NCBI RefSeq assembly: GCF_963506605.1
Contig: NC_083277.1
Span: 17,608,001 to 17,672,000 of the forward strand
DNA from: Zootoca vivipara
Lineage: Eukaryota
Reading direction: 5' to 3'
DNA: 64,000 nucleotides
Shown here piece by piece: positions 13,679-26,315 of this stretch (positions are counted from its first letter, which is position 1; every line of letters starts with the position of its first letter). The notes under the pieces were generated by a model. It was not told the DNA's origin and searched no databases. It was given only the letters and a program-made list of their open reading frames with translations. A program made the translations under genes and the position numbers.

Positions 13679-15028
13679 ATGCTGAAGAAAAGCAACCTGG
13701 TTCTCTGGGGCGTGGTGCTTTTTGTGGCCTGGAACGCCCTGATCCTCTTCTTCCTGTGGACTCGGCCTCAGTCCTCCTCTGACCACAGCCGCCTCACTGA
13801 AGAGGTCATCCGACTGGCCCAGGACGCAGAGGTGGAGCTGGAGCACCAGAAGGAGCTCCTGCATCAAATCTACCGCTACAGTGCTCTCTGGAACAGGAGG
13901 AAGGCTACCGAAGCCAAAAGACTCCACCTCTCGGTTGCGTCCTCCGCCCTGCCTTCAACAGCTGCCCCCTTGTCCCGTCGCAGCCAAATCTCTCCGGACG
14001 CCGTCTTGCCGGTGCTGGTGATTGCCTGTGACCGCAGCACGGTCCGCCGTTGCCTCGACAAGCTGCTGCATTACCGCCCCTCCAAGGAGCGCTTCCCCAT
14101 CATCGTGAGCCAGGACTGCGGACACGAGGAGACCGCCAGGGTCATCGCCTCCTATGGAGACGCCATCATGCACATCAAGCAGCCCAACCTGAGCGACATC
14201 CCTGTGCCCACCGACCACCGCAAGTTCCAAGGCTACTACAAGATCGCCCGACACTATCGCTGGGCCCTGAGCCAGGTTTTCCGGAACTTCAAGTACCAGG
14301 CGGCCATTGTGGTGGAAGATGACCTGGAAGTCGCTCCAGACTTCTTTGAATACTTCCAGGCCGCTTTTCCACTCCTGCTCGCCGACCCCACCCTTTGGTG
14401 TCTCTCCGCCTGGAACGACAACGGCAAAGAGCAGATGGTAGACGCCAACCACCCGGAGCTCCTCTACCGTACGGATTTTTTCCCCGGGCTGGGCTGGCTT
14501 TTGCTGTCTGACCTGTGGGACGAGCTGGAGCCCAAGTGGCCCAAGGCCTTCTGGGATGATTGGATGCGACACCCTGAGCAACGGCAGGGCCGTTCGTGCA
14601 TCAGGCCCGAAGTGTCGCGCACCATGACTTTCGGCCGCAAGGGCGTGAGCCACGGTCAGTTCTTTGACCAGTACCTGAAGTTCATCAAGCTCAACGACCG
14701 CTTCGTGCCTTTCACCCAGATGGACCTCTCTTACCTCAAGAAGGATGAGTACGAGCGCTCATTCCTAGCCCAGGTCTACGGGGCCCCTGAGCTACGGGTC
14801 GAGGAGCTGCAGGGTAACCAGCGCCGGGAGCTGGGCACTGTCCGAGTGCAGTACACCACTCGCGACTCCTTCAAGGCCTTCGCCAAGGCCTTAGGGGTCA
14901 TGGACGACCTCAAGTCCGGAGTGCCCCGTGCCGGCTACCAGGGCATTGTCAGCTTCCTCTTCAGAGGCCGCCGCGTTTACTTAGCACCTCCTTCGGACTG
15001 GACAGGCTACGACCCTAGCTGGAGTTAG
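13679..15028 (+). CDS. MGAT1: Alpha-1,3-mannosyl-glycoprotein 2-beta-N-acetylglucosaminyltransferase (GnT-I, GT13), 449 aa, single coding exon
   Basis: N-terminus MLKKS plus type II TM helix (LVLWGVVLFVAWNALILFFLW); motifs VLVIACDR, IIVSQDCG, YYKIARHYRWAL, EDDLEVAPDFFEYF, SAWNDNGK, RTDFFPGLGW; C-terminus YDPSWS. Splice acceptor at 13599-13600, 78 nt upstream of the ATG. Confidence 0.98.
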   Translation: MLKKSNLVLWGVVLFVAWNALILFFLWTRPQSSSDHSRLTEEVIRLAQDAEVELEHQKELLHQIYRYSALWNRRKATEAKRLHLSVASSALPSTAAPLSRRSQISPDAVLPVLVIACDRSTVRRCLDKLLHYRPSKERFPIIVSQDCGHEETARVIASYGDAIMHIKQPNLSDIPVPTDHRKFQGYYKIARHYRWALSQVFRNFKYQAAIVVEDDLEVAPDFFEYFQAAFPLLLADPTLWCLSAWNDNGKEQMVDANHPELLYRTDFFPGLGWLLLSDLWDELEPKWPKAFWDDWMRHPEQRQGRSCIRPEVSRTMTFGRKGVSHGQFFDQYLKFIKLNDRFVPFTQMDLSYLKKDEYERSFLAQVYGAPELRVEELQGNQRRELGTVRVQYTTRDSFKAFAKALGVMDDLKSGVPRAGYQGIVSFLFRGRRVYLAPPSDWTGYDPSWS

Positions 15029-18000
15029 CAGCTGACAACCCTTAAGCATGTTGGACCCTGTTGTCAAAGGGGTGCTTGGAGTTGGGAGTGGGGGGCGGGG
15101 ACAAAACTCTGTATTTTTCTTTTCCTGTGTGGCATTCGAGTGCATTCCAGGGATGAGGGTGGTTTTGTGCACTTAAAATTATGGGGTAGGAGGGGCGGGG
15201 TTGCGGGGGTTATTCCGATGCCCCAAAGAGGGGGTGAGGTGGAGCGTTTTGAGTGCTCTCTCCGTTCTACCCTCCAGTGCCTATTCTCCTTTTTTTGACG
15301 TGGTGGTCTGTTCACTCATTAGATCCTTGGTGGCTTCTCCAAGTCGGTGTGTTTTTGAGGTCAAAGCCCGTGCTAAACCAAAGCAGCAACCCATCGAGGT
15401 TTTCCCAGCTTCGCTGAGCTCACGGAAGCCTGTGCAGCTTGCGGCCCAGCAAGCCAGGTGCAGCTCCGCAGGCACACAACATGGGTTGATAACTTCCCTG
15501 TTCCAAGCAAAAAAGTTGCTGACCTCCTGTTAGGTCGCTTTGCTTGGCTGGTGTGTTGCATTCTGCCTGATGGGTCGCAGTTTGTTCAGGCCTGAGCAAT
15601 AGGGAGGAAATGAGGGCCTTTTCTCCCCTCTTGACTGCCTGTTCCTTTCTCATTTGGACATAGTTGAATGCTAGCATTGCAAAAAGGAAACTCCTTTGGA
15701 CGTTCAGTGAGTCCCTTAGAAGGACCACTTTTATTGACCATATTGGCCATTTTTACTTGGGTCTCCTGAATAACTCATTATTGAACTGTGTTCGATGGGA
15801 GGTAAGGTGCGTGCACTGATAAAGGTGATGTAAGGATTGCTCAGGTGAGGCGAGTGTCTAAATCTCCGGTTGTTTTTACCTGGGTAATAAGGAAACGGTG
15901 GCATGGGGGGAGATGTAGTCGGTTGCCAAAACTGGTTCTTGTCAGCTGGTCCTTTCTGTAAGCTACGGCGACTGAAATCCGGAAGGGCTGGACCATTTCA
16001 GATGGCAGGTGGGGGATTAAATTTGAAAACTCACCCACATGAAATTCCCCTTATATGTGCAAGGCTAGCATGTCCAGGAGAAGGTCTTGGGCTAGCTTTT
16101 TCCGTGACGTGTGTGAAGGAGCATTCGAACTCCCACTTAGTCAGAAATGGTACCGTCCTGAACGCCTATTTGCTCTCAGTTATGTTTTGTAGCCACCATT
16201 ATATAATAGCTACATGACATTTAAGGAGAGGTTGGCTTAATTATGGCGTGATGCCACGTTCTCTTCCCAGATTGAGTGAGGAAACTTGTCCCCAATGGCT
16301 GCCTTAATTCGCCTTGGGTTTTGGGGGGAGGGGCAGTCTCTAAATTCAGCCCCAGCACAGAGGTGGCTTATCCCTGAGTAGCTTTCTTGCAACTGGTTGC
16401 CATATTAGCACTGATCCACCACCAGGTCTGTGGGAGCAACGGGGCAGAGGGAGAATCCCCGAGTCAGCAGAACACACCATGGGAGGAGCCCAGCCTTACT
16501 CAGCGGTGCAGAAGCTTCTTTCCCCATTCTTGCCTCTAGAAGGCGCTGCTGAGCTGCTCCAGAGCCACTAGATAAAATAAGCATGGAGAAGGAGTTTCGG
16601 ACCTCATATGGCCAAATTCAGACCACACCAAAGGGTAGTATTTTGTTTCTTTCTTTGGATGCTGTATTACTTTCTGTCTTTTTTAAAAACAACAACACAA
16701 AACTCTCCATGGTGAATGAAGAAAGAAATACGGGGTTGTATTCAACTTAGCACTAAGGAGATCATTCTGTCAGCGCAGCGGTTTCTTCTGGTCCAACAGA
16801 ATGATCTCCCCTGTTCTCCTCCATCCCTGTGTGCTGTTCTGGGTTTTCCTAACCCTCTGAAGCAGATATGGAAAGGGCGTGGGGAGGAGAGGGGAGAAAG
16901 TCCTATTGTGCTAGCTGGGATCCTTCCATTGGCTTTCACTGGTTCCACAATTTCGTTGAATACGGCCCCTTGTCTCTGCTTTGGAATTCCACTTCAGTAA
17001 GGAATTTCTCTCCTGCGGCCAAGTTCAGCGAAATGGGTGTGGGAGGCCTTCCTTCCTCATCTGTTTTCCTAGCTGGTGCAGATGGAAGAACAGGAGATGA
17101 TGCCTCTGGGGAACCACATTTGAATGAACTTGTTGCATCTATTTAATTATGTTTCATTATTACTTCCTTGAAAATGCAGTATTGCTACTGGGATTGTGAG
17201 AGAAAGATGTCTCTTCCGTTGAAAACCCTGATCATGAGATTATTATTTTCTTTTTCAAAGGGTGATCCATCTCGGTTTTCTCTCAGAGGTGGAACCTCTG
17301 TGAGGGGATACATATTGGTAAGGTTTTGGGGAAAATATTCCGTTCGAAAGGGTGTTCACTTATGAATGGGGAGATTCTTCATTGAAGGCAAAGGCCTTCT
17401 TTTCTCCTCTTGAATGGGTACCTGTGGACAGACCATAGGAGGTTGAAAGAGAGCGTGTGGTGATGGCGAGTTGCACTCTCGGTAGGTCCTACACCCTTCT
17501 TTGAAATTTGCCTGAATTGGGAGTGGCAGGGAGACATCAAGATGAAAATGAGGAGTACCTCCAGGACTCTTTAGTTCGGGGTTCACATTCCTAGACTCAA
17601 ACTGATTTCCAGTGCAGGGAAGGAAGCACTTGAAATATGACCTCTTTGGCCAGTGAAAGGCGGTTAGTGAGGTTGGGGTTGGAGGAAGGAGGAGCACATT
17701 ATGCCCCTATGCTTCCCCTTTCTGTCTTTAGGGGCACAGGCAAAGTCCCCTGAATTAGAATGGGAAGGAGAGATCCTCTCCCTTTTACCGCAATTGCTCA
17801 CCTTGCCTGTGTATCTACCCTTCTTCCTCGTGTCCAGGCAGGAGTTGGTATTATTACCCACCTGTAGAATTCTGAAGATTCAGCCAGTGGGTGGGACAGT
17901 GTTTTTAGGGAACTGACTCTACCTTTAACACCAGTGCAAGGGCCTGACATTGAGGACTTTCTCTGTCCTTCCCACCCAACCCATTGTTTTGGGTGGCACA

Positions 18001-18878
18001 GTTCTGTCCATCCATGTCATCTATGGCCTGAACTCTTTCTTGTGGCATGTGGTCCGTGTTTTGTGTGAATGTCCTAGCTCACAGTGCTACTACCTCCCTT
18101 TCCATTCCCAGGGAGTGCTTCAGGTGAAGGGACTTGAGATCAGCTGAGATGGCATTGGCCCCGGAAGAACATTTTGGGTCAGTTGGGGAGAATCCACCAG
18201 CATCTTCAGTTCCCCCCTTCTCTCCCAAGCTCCCTTTCCGCTCCTGGAATGGTCCATTTTGAAATTCCAACTGAAAGCAAAAGCTTGTGAAATTTCGGGG
18301 TGGTTGAACTCTTAAGGTGTTTGCTAGAGAGATGCTGTTTTTAATGTCCAAATTTCAATTGGTGAAATGTTTGAAGATGCAAAAACTTATTTTCCACAGC
18401 AAAATAAAAGCCGGTCCTTTTCAAACAGCTCTTGTCTTTTGTGTCTTTGATCTTGCAGAATCGCTCGGTGTCAATTCTTCCGCGTTTCACGAGAGTCTGT
18501 AACAAAGGTCTGGCAGGGAGCAGGCAGGGAATGAGCATTGCCTTATTGGTTCAGACCAGAGATTCATTCTAGTTCATTGTTCTGTCCCAAAGTGGCTGGC
18601 TAGTTGCTCCTGGACAGTTCAGAAGCAGGATGCAATAGTGATTTATTACACATGCCCTCTTGTTCATTGGCAGCATAATGGGTCCAGAGGCAGCATACAT
18701 CTTAACCTGACAGCTCCATTATACTTTGAATATGGAGTTTACATACCTAGTTAACATAGCTACCGGTAACAAGAGCCATTGGCTAACCTATTCTCTAGCC
18801 TCCTATTGAGTAAATACGCCTCAGGTGGAAGAGGCATCTGTATAATTGGCACTGACGTTTGAAATGTGATGTAACATG

Positions 18879-18884
18879 AATAAA
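18879..18884 (+). terminator. Candidate MGAT1 polyadenylation signal (alternative AATAAA at ~18403)
   Basis: AATAAA after ~3.8 kb of repeat-poor sequence downstream of the stop codon. Confidence 0.35.
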
Positions 18885-20571
18885 ACCTGCAGCTTTCTCA
18901 CTCATGTGGCTACACGTTGAGGTTAGCTATGTGGGCAGCTCCTTTCTCATACTTTTTTCACTGGAAATTTATTTAAGAAAAGAAAAACATGCACAAGGGG
19001 ACAATGAAACAACAGAAGAATTGCCATCTACAGTCACAATAAATATAGATCTATTCATATTTACACTTAACGTATTGACATAGGCTCTCCAACTCATAGA
19101 ACTGTAGAGTTGGGATGTCTGAATAGGTATTCAAACGAAGTCGGTGTTTATAGAAAATAAGTTTGAATGTAGCAAGGGCATTAAGGTGAATATTTACCCT
19201 TCTAAATCTCTTAGCACCTGCAAAGGTTTGTAATTTCCATTTTTTGTCGTGCTGCTTGCTACCATGTTACAAGAATATAATGCAAAAATAAAGGATTTCA
19301 CTGATAATCAGGAGGTAGTATGGACAGCAACTTCAGACCAAAACGGAAATATCGCTGGACAAGCCCAGATATCTGGGCAGTTCATGATGAAATCTCAAGA
19401 GGCCTTGGCAGAGCAGACCGGTTGAGGCATCACAGGAATGGGAATAAATGCTTGAATAACTTCATGGGTATATTTTGTACAGTATATACCTCTTCTCTTT
19501 CAAACAGCAACACGAAACCTTCCATTCTTTGCAATCGGAAGCTTATGCAAAATATGCCAACACATGCAAGTCTGTTGTTTAATCCAGATGTCAAATAAAA
19601 CAACAAGATTCCCTTCATTTGAAAGTGTATGTTTAAGCAGAGACATTGCTGCTTATACCTCTGCAAACATCTGGATTTGTTGGGCGGTGTAACCTGCATT
19701 TTTCATCTCATGAAATCAGTTTCTCCTCTCAAAGCCTCCCAGATTCTACGTACAGTACAAGTAGGCTTTCTCCCACCCATTCAAAAGTTGACAGGGTTGT
19801 CATTTGTAATTAAGGAACAGATTTCCACCCTGGATAACAGGATCTCTCTGTGTTCCAAGGTGTTCCTTTATTTCAAATGGGAATTCCTGTGTTTTCATAG
19901 GCAGTACCAGCAGTAGAGTCATGAAACCTGGGGCAGCATCTGACTTGGCCAGCTTTTCTTCATGTGTTTCTCTAGAATACCTGCAGTATCCTAAGAAGAT
20001 GTGGCAGCTGTCCATGAAATACCAGTAAGATACAACAAATGCTTTGCAACACTCGATGACTCCCTGGCCTAGAAGGAGAGGTTGTAATTCCGGGTCTGTT
20101 CCTGGGAAATCAGGACACTCGGAGAGTATGAATTCCTTGCAGTGATGAAACAATTGCCTTAGCTGGGTTTGGCCTGCTGTGTGCTTCTTGCTACTTAGCA
20201 GGTGCATATAGCAAAGCATACTATGCTACATACGTGGTGGTGATTCTAACTTATAGTACATAACCTTCCTACTGCCCCAAACTGTTCACCTACCAGTGCT
20301 TCTTAAGGTGACCTTAACTGTACCCACCAGCAGATCACTACAAAGAGAGCAAAAGGCTCAAATGACTCGTGCAGGCGAGCCAGTCTCCTCAGTCTGAATG
20401 GGATGGAACCCCCTCCCCACTCCCCAGAACAAACTCACAGCGCATGCCTTCCTCAACTCAAACTGGATCAGCTGGACAATGATCACAGGTTAAATTCGGC
20501 AAGCTGCCTTAATCTTACAGCTGGAGTCGCAGAATTGTAGAGTCGGAAGGGACCCTGAGGATCATCTAGAT

Positions 20572-20859
20572 CAGGCATCCCCAAACTGCAGCCCTCCAGA
20601 TGTTTTCGCCTACAACTCCCATCATCCCTAGCTAACAGGACCAGTGGTCAGGGATGATGGGAGTTGTAGTCCCAAAACATCTGGAGGGCCGGAGTTTGGG
20701 GATGCCTGATCTAGATTCTAGTCCAGGCACCCCCAAATTTGGCCCTCCTGCTGTTTTGGGACTACAACGCCCATCATCCCTAGCTAATAGGACCAGTGGT
20801 CATGGATGACGGGAATTGTAGTCCCAAAACAGCAGGAGGGCCAAGTTTGGGGGTGCCTG
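20572..20859. mobile_element. Two adjacent ~135-bp hAT-type MITEs (20572-20708, 20724-20859) inserted in a CR1-tail/SINE remnant
   Basis: TIR caggcatccccaaact / agtttggggatgcctg; the first copy has 8-bp TSD atctagat. Confidence 0.85.
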
Positions 20860-22249
20860 TCCAACCCCCTGCAATGCAGGAATATGCAGCTCTCCCATAC
20901 AAGGATCAAACCTGCAACCTGCTCTCTAATCAACTGAGCTATCCAGGTCCTACAATATCATTCAGTCAATGTGTGGTGGTTCCTGATAGGTTCAATATGT
21001 TTCTATATTTGTGCTTCCATTGAGTGGAAAGGAGCAGGTGAATTGTGTGGAAAAACAGTGATATCATCAGTGTAAACTTTATGTGGAACCATTATGGTGG
21101 AGCTTGCAAATCCTGTCTTTTGCTACTTTTTTATTTTTTACTTGCTTTCCTGCTTGATTAAGTGGCCTGGGATATTGTCTGATCTGAATGGTCACAGCAG
21201 TGCCATTGTTACTATTCTATATATCTTTTTTTAAGGAGAGAAATCAGAGCGGGGCAGGGGGAGAATGAGAAAAGAGGAAGAAGAAAATTTGACAGGTGGG
21301 TTTTTAGAAAGGAAAGGAGAGGGGAGAGGAAAACAAGATTAGGCCTGAAGGTGAGCCCTGCTTCTGTTTTTATAAAAGAGAACCAACTGTGATTTAAGGA
21401 AAAAAGTTCCTTGTTCTGCACCAGGAAGGACCAGCAAAGGGGATCAAGAACATTTCAAATTAAAACCAGTTATTCTCTCACACGCATACCCCACAACAAA
21501 ATGCAGAGGGAACAGATGTAGGTAATGATTGCTTTGCCAACAACAGCAAAAACTTCCTGGAATGGCTCCTGTTGGATCTTCCAGCAAATTCTTTTGTTTC
21601 CTTCCTCTGTGCATTTAAGTGACAGTTCAGGAGAGAGGGCTGCACTTTTCCCCCTCTTTCCTGCCAAACTCCTGCGTGCTTGAAAGCAGGCCTGCCCAAA
21701 CAGCCTGCCAGTCACCTAAGGCAGCCAACCAGAATCTCAATAATTCAAAAGACAATAAAAACAAGTCAGTCAGTGAGATGTTGCCGATGCTGATGTGGCA
21801 GGCGACCTTCAGCTTGACAGCCTGTTTTATTTTTTATTTTATTTCATAAAAAGTTATGCACCGCTTGATTGTTTAAAAAGCCCCCATAGCTGTTTGCAAA
21901 AAGATAAAACCATAAAAATCCACAAAATTTTCCACCCATGCTATAATAAAGCATTACAAAAGTTACAAAATTAAAACTTATTAAAATTGCCACCACTTTC
22001 TAAGCACCTGCATAGACTTGTCTCACCAGGAATGTTTTTAATCAGGTGCCAAAAGTATAGTGAAGGTGCCTGCTTGATCTCAATAGGCAGGGAGTTCCAA
22101 AGTTTAGGCGCCGCCACACTCTAGCCCTGGAATCTCCAGTCTGGCTCCACGAAAATCTTGCTGGTGTGAATAAAATAGATTAGAAATAGAAGTGTGCCAG
22201 GAGAGGAAAGTATCAAGATTCCAAGCGTGAGAGTTGGAACCACTGGAAG

Positions 22250-22860
22250 AATCGGACCCGCAGATCGTGATCCAGCCTCGGCGCTGACCTACCGCCACCG
22301 TGTGGCGGATCCAAGGTAGGGCAGCTGTTTTGCTTGGGAAGCTGAGCTGCAAATACAGTATGCATAAGCACACGCGCGCGCCCATAGGAAGGTTCACACG
22401 TTACGCGCGCCTACCTATATGCACACGCGCGCCCATTTGTACACGTTCCTGTGCCTCTCTCCGCGTCTGTCCTTCACGCCCTGCCGCCGCCTCGGCCAGT
22501 CCGATTAGCAGGATTGCCACCCTGCACGCGTTAATCTGAGAGTAATCCTTTCTGAACACTGAGGAGCTTCCAAGTCAACGTGGATAGCATCGACCAGTAG
22601 CTGCTGCACGACGACCAGCGTTCCCATCTGTCTGCGAAAAGCAATATATATATATATGATTGCTTCCCCCTCCATGCTAAATTGGTCAGCTTTACAGAAT
22701 GTGGTTGGAATGCGTTGCTTTAGCAACGTGCCGATCAATTGCCTTCAACGTCATCTTTTCTGTTGCGTCGACATATGTGTAATTTGGAAGGCGGAAAAGC
22801 AAAGAAACGAAACTCTGATCGCGGAGGCACTTATTTGCTGTGACTAAAAGCCGCGAGTGC
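22250..22860. promoter_or_regulatory. CpG-rich island upstream of tRNA-Tyr
   Basis: Dense CpG with repeated cacgcgcgcc-type motifs at 22370-22445. Confidence 0.5.
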
Positions 22861-22863
22861 GCT

Positions 22864-22952
22864 CCTTCGATAGCTCAGCTGGTAGAGCGGAGGACTGTAG
22901 AATGCATAAGAGAGTCATCCTTAGGTCGCTGGTTCGATTCCGGCTCGAAGGA
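22864..22952 (+). tRNA. tRNA-Tyr(GTA) with 16-nt intron (22901-22916)
   Basis: CCTTCGATAGCTCAGCTGGTAGAGCGGAGGACTGTAG-[aatgcataagagagtc]-ATCCTTAGGTCGCTGGTTCGATTCCGGCTCGAAGGA is the canonical vertebrate tRNA-Tyr; a T-run Pol III terminator follows. Confidence 0.97.
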
Positions 22953-24115
22953 CATTGTGTTTTTTTCCCTTTTCTATTATAAATGTCCCACCAAATTTCA
23001 GATGCATTCTCAATTTAATTCACAGGTAATCAGAGTGCACTGGAGGCTGAGGGCATCAATCTCCTCCCCCCCAAAAAAGAGGCCCCGCCACTGGAATGCA
23101 TTTTCTTTTAAAGGTGTTACGACCAGAGAACCTGGTACAGTATACAGTTAGGCTCCGCTGTGTCAGATCTCACATGTTTCTCGGGCAATACTAGACAGAC
23201 AGACAAATAGATAATGGAAGTTTTAATCTGTTTCTCTGCTTTCTGATCGTGGACTTGGCTTGGGTTGCACGTGTGAGCTTTGACTGCAATCCTGTATTTA
23301 CTTGGGAAGATGTTCGTTGAACTAATGGGTGTTACTCGAGAGTAGGCATGCACAGGATCGCGCTGTTTGTCTTCCTTTAAAAAAAAAAAAAGTACTGTAA
23401 CTCCAAATCCCAAGATCGGGTAATAATACCGTTAGTGGCACAATCTAAAAGGTCACAAAAGCATGGCAAGCTTTCCGAGTCTGCAAAACGCTGCAGAACG
23501 CAAAGGATCGGGCAAGAAGGGTAACCGCAACAATGATGGAGAGGGTCTGTTATTAGGCTGCACCTGGAATGAATTTCCTTACGTAAAAACAGTACGGGGT
23601 AGGAATAGAACTTCTGGGGAAATGCTTAAGTACGGAACTGGAACTAAGCTCTGCGATTGGCTCGTTGAAATTGTAAAGAGGTCACACTATTGGGTGCAAA
23701 ATCCTATGGAAGCAGCGAGCGCTATTGGTTGGTCTGTTGACTTGGGCCACCCCATTGGCTACTACTTTTTAAAGTTAGGCATCCCACTTTCTGCTTTTTT
23801 CTCTTTAGCCTTGACTCTCTGCTCATCCGCTTTGAACACATGGAACCGAAAATGCCATTTTTTTCTTGTTAGCACACGTTGGAGAAGCCACAGAGATCTC
23901 ACTGAGTAACAAGGCACAGAATTCTAGAACAGCTGTTGATCACTGTGGACTAGAATCTTGTCCTGAAGTGATTAGGAAAAATACAACGCCGTCTTATATA
24001 CTGGACCTTGGTCCGCCCAGCTCAGCGTTGTCCACACTGTCTGGCAGCAGCTACCGGTATCTCTCTCAGCCCTCACTGGAAATGCCGACCTTCGGCCTTT
24101 CCGCAAAAGGTAATG

Positions 24116-24204
24116 TCCTTCGAGCCGGAATCGAACCAGCGACCTAAGGATGACTTTCTTATGCATTCTACAGTCCTCCGCTCTACCAGCTGAGCTATCG
24201 AAGG
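24116..24204 (-). tRNA. tRNA-Tyr(GTA) with 16-nt intron
   Basis: Mature sequence identical to the 22864 copy; intron aatgcataagaaagtc differs by 1 nt; TTTT downstream on the minus strand. Confidence 0.97.
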
Positions 24205-24766
24205 AGCGTACTCAGGTATCAAAGGAAGATCATTTAAACCAGCTTGCTCAAGAGTGTTTTGCCTTGTGCATTTGTCCCTATAAAAATAATAATGTAAAAC
24301 TCAACAGGTACCTTTAAAGTTCTGCTAATTTAAACATGTCAGCAGTGCAAATGATCAAGAATCAAAGTGTAGTCACACACAGGCAAATCAGCCCACGTTA
24401 GTCATCCTGTTAAATAAATCTTACTTGCTTGATCAAATGAATTTTAATGGATTGATTAAGTCTGCATGGATTTGCACCCTAATGCAGAAACAGGATTTTT
24501 ATTTTTAAAGTAGTTTCTTTTTAAATGTTCGTGTATTGCAGCAGGTACAGACTGGAAGAGGAATTCCATACAAGGGAGGTGTTGTCAGAAGGATGATGTG
24601 AAGGGAATAATAGAATCATAGAACCCCAAGGGTCATTTGTTCCAACCTCTTGCAATGCAGTAAATCTCAGTACAAAAATAGCATGAATATCTCTCCATCT
24701 ATCACATCTTGCATGAAGTTTAAAACTCAGCCTTTCCCACCTCAAATTTACGTTTCTTTGTATCTG

Positions 24767-24782
24767 CTGCCACCTTGTGGCC
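24767..24782 (-). promoter_or_regulatory. CTCF-like motif
   Basis: Reverse complement GGCCACAAGGTGGCAG fits the CTCF core CCAC(C/A)AG(G/A)(T/G)GGC. Confidence 0.45.
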
Positions 24783-24871
24783 CTCTTGAGGCAATTTCAT
24801 TAAAGATCACTTTGTTATGCAAACTGCTGCCAAAAGGGATCACCAAAGTCAGGCGGAGTCCAGTGCAAGAT

Positions 24872-25127
24872 TTGTTGTGTTTAGTTGTTTAGTCGTGTCT
24901 GACTCTTCGTGACCCCATGGACCATAGCCATGGTCAAACTCATGTTGCTGGCTTCGAGAACACTGTCCAACCATCTCGTCCTCTGTTGTCCCCTTCTCCT
25001 TCTGCCCTCCATCTTTCCCAACATCAGGATCTTTTCCAGGGAGTCTTCTCTTCTTGTGAGGTGGCCAAAGTATTGGAGCCTCAGCTTCAGGATCTGTCCT
25101 TCCAGTGGGCACTCAGGGCTGATTTCC
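24872..25127 (-). mobile_element. BovB (RTE) LINE 3' fragment
   Basis: KEISPECPLEGQILKLRLQYFGHLTRREDSLEKILMLGK and a (CAA)-type tail. Confidence 0.9.
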
Positions 25128-25885
25128 TTATAATAATAATAATAATTTAGGTTTGATTTTATTGCAGTCCATACCAACCTCCAATTTTCTAAGATGAAGC
25201 TGCCCCATCTCCCCTCAGCAGGATTTGCCAGGGATTTGAACCTGTGATCTCTGGTGCCTCTTCTCCCCTCAGATAGCCCCTGAGACATGGTGTGGTTGTT
25301 GACTTAGGAGAGAACTACAGTACACTAAAAACTGGTGCTTTTCTAAGAACCATAAGAGCTGTGCTGGATCAGGCCAATGGCCCACCTACTTCAGCATCCT
25401 GTTCTCACAGTGGCCAACCAGATGCCTGTGGGGGAAACCATAACCAGGCCCCGAGCACAAGATCCCTCTTCTCTCTTGCCCTTTCCAGCTTAGCCTAAAT
25501 TGGGCTTCTAATTGTGTCCATTCAAGATCGCCTGGGTGATCAGATTGATTTATTCAGTGGCTATCTTTGTCTATTCTGTGCCTAAGTGCTTCTAAGCTCA
25601 CCAGCTGCTGCAGAGTGGAAAGCCTGGAGAGATTTTATGCCAAATCATTGCTTCCCAGGCTCAGAGAATCCTTGCTGTTTCAGTTTGGTGATGGTGCCAA
25701 TAACTCTGTAACAGGCCTCCAGCTCTCCTTACAGAACTTTAAATCCCGGGATTCCTTGGCCTGGGGAGAGATAATATTAAAATTATGTCTAGCGCAGGAG
25801 ATGTGCCCTTTCATAACAGTGCTCTCACAGGCATGGCAGCCTCACTTTCTTAAGGATGGTTTCTTTTTAAATGGCCTCAAGTTAC

Positions 25886-26108
25886 TGTTAAGTTGTGGGT
25901 AAGCATAGCAGACGACACAGCAATCTCTCCAAAGCAGCTCTTTATTTGGAAGCTGGAACAGAACTGAACTGCATTGCCGAGCTGGCCTGCTTTTATAGAG
26001 GCTGGCTCAAACAATGTATCAAACATAATTCAAAGTTCCCCCCTAAAGTTCCCTCCTAAAACAACTGTCAAGGACCTGAGGGAAAACTATATATACTAAT
26101 ACATAACA
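25886..26108 (-). mobile_element. Solo LTR, 223 bp (Gypsy-like)
   Basis: TGTTA...TAACA termini, 5-bp TSD GTTAC on both sides, minus-strand AATAAA and TATA-like motif. Confidence 0.8.
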
Positions 26109-26315
26109 GTTACAATCTTATCTCACTAACCTTTCTCCTATGCATTCAAAAGCTCTCATTAACTGTTGCTTTTTCTGCATTTGCAGCACTGAAGTGACCT
26201 CCCTGGGCTGCAAGCCTGGGCAGTGTATATGGAGGTCCTGGGCTGCCCAGATAACAAGACCCCCCTCTTGGCCTTGCTGATGTGGTTCAAAGGAAAGGAA
26301 AGAAATATTTTTGGC

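Noticed and set aside
13955-14653. 232-aa antisense ORF inside MGAT1
   Set aside because: Antisense shadow of a high-GC3 CDS.
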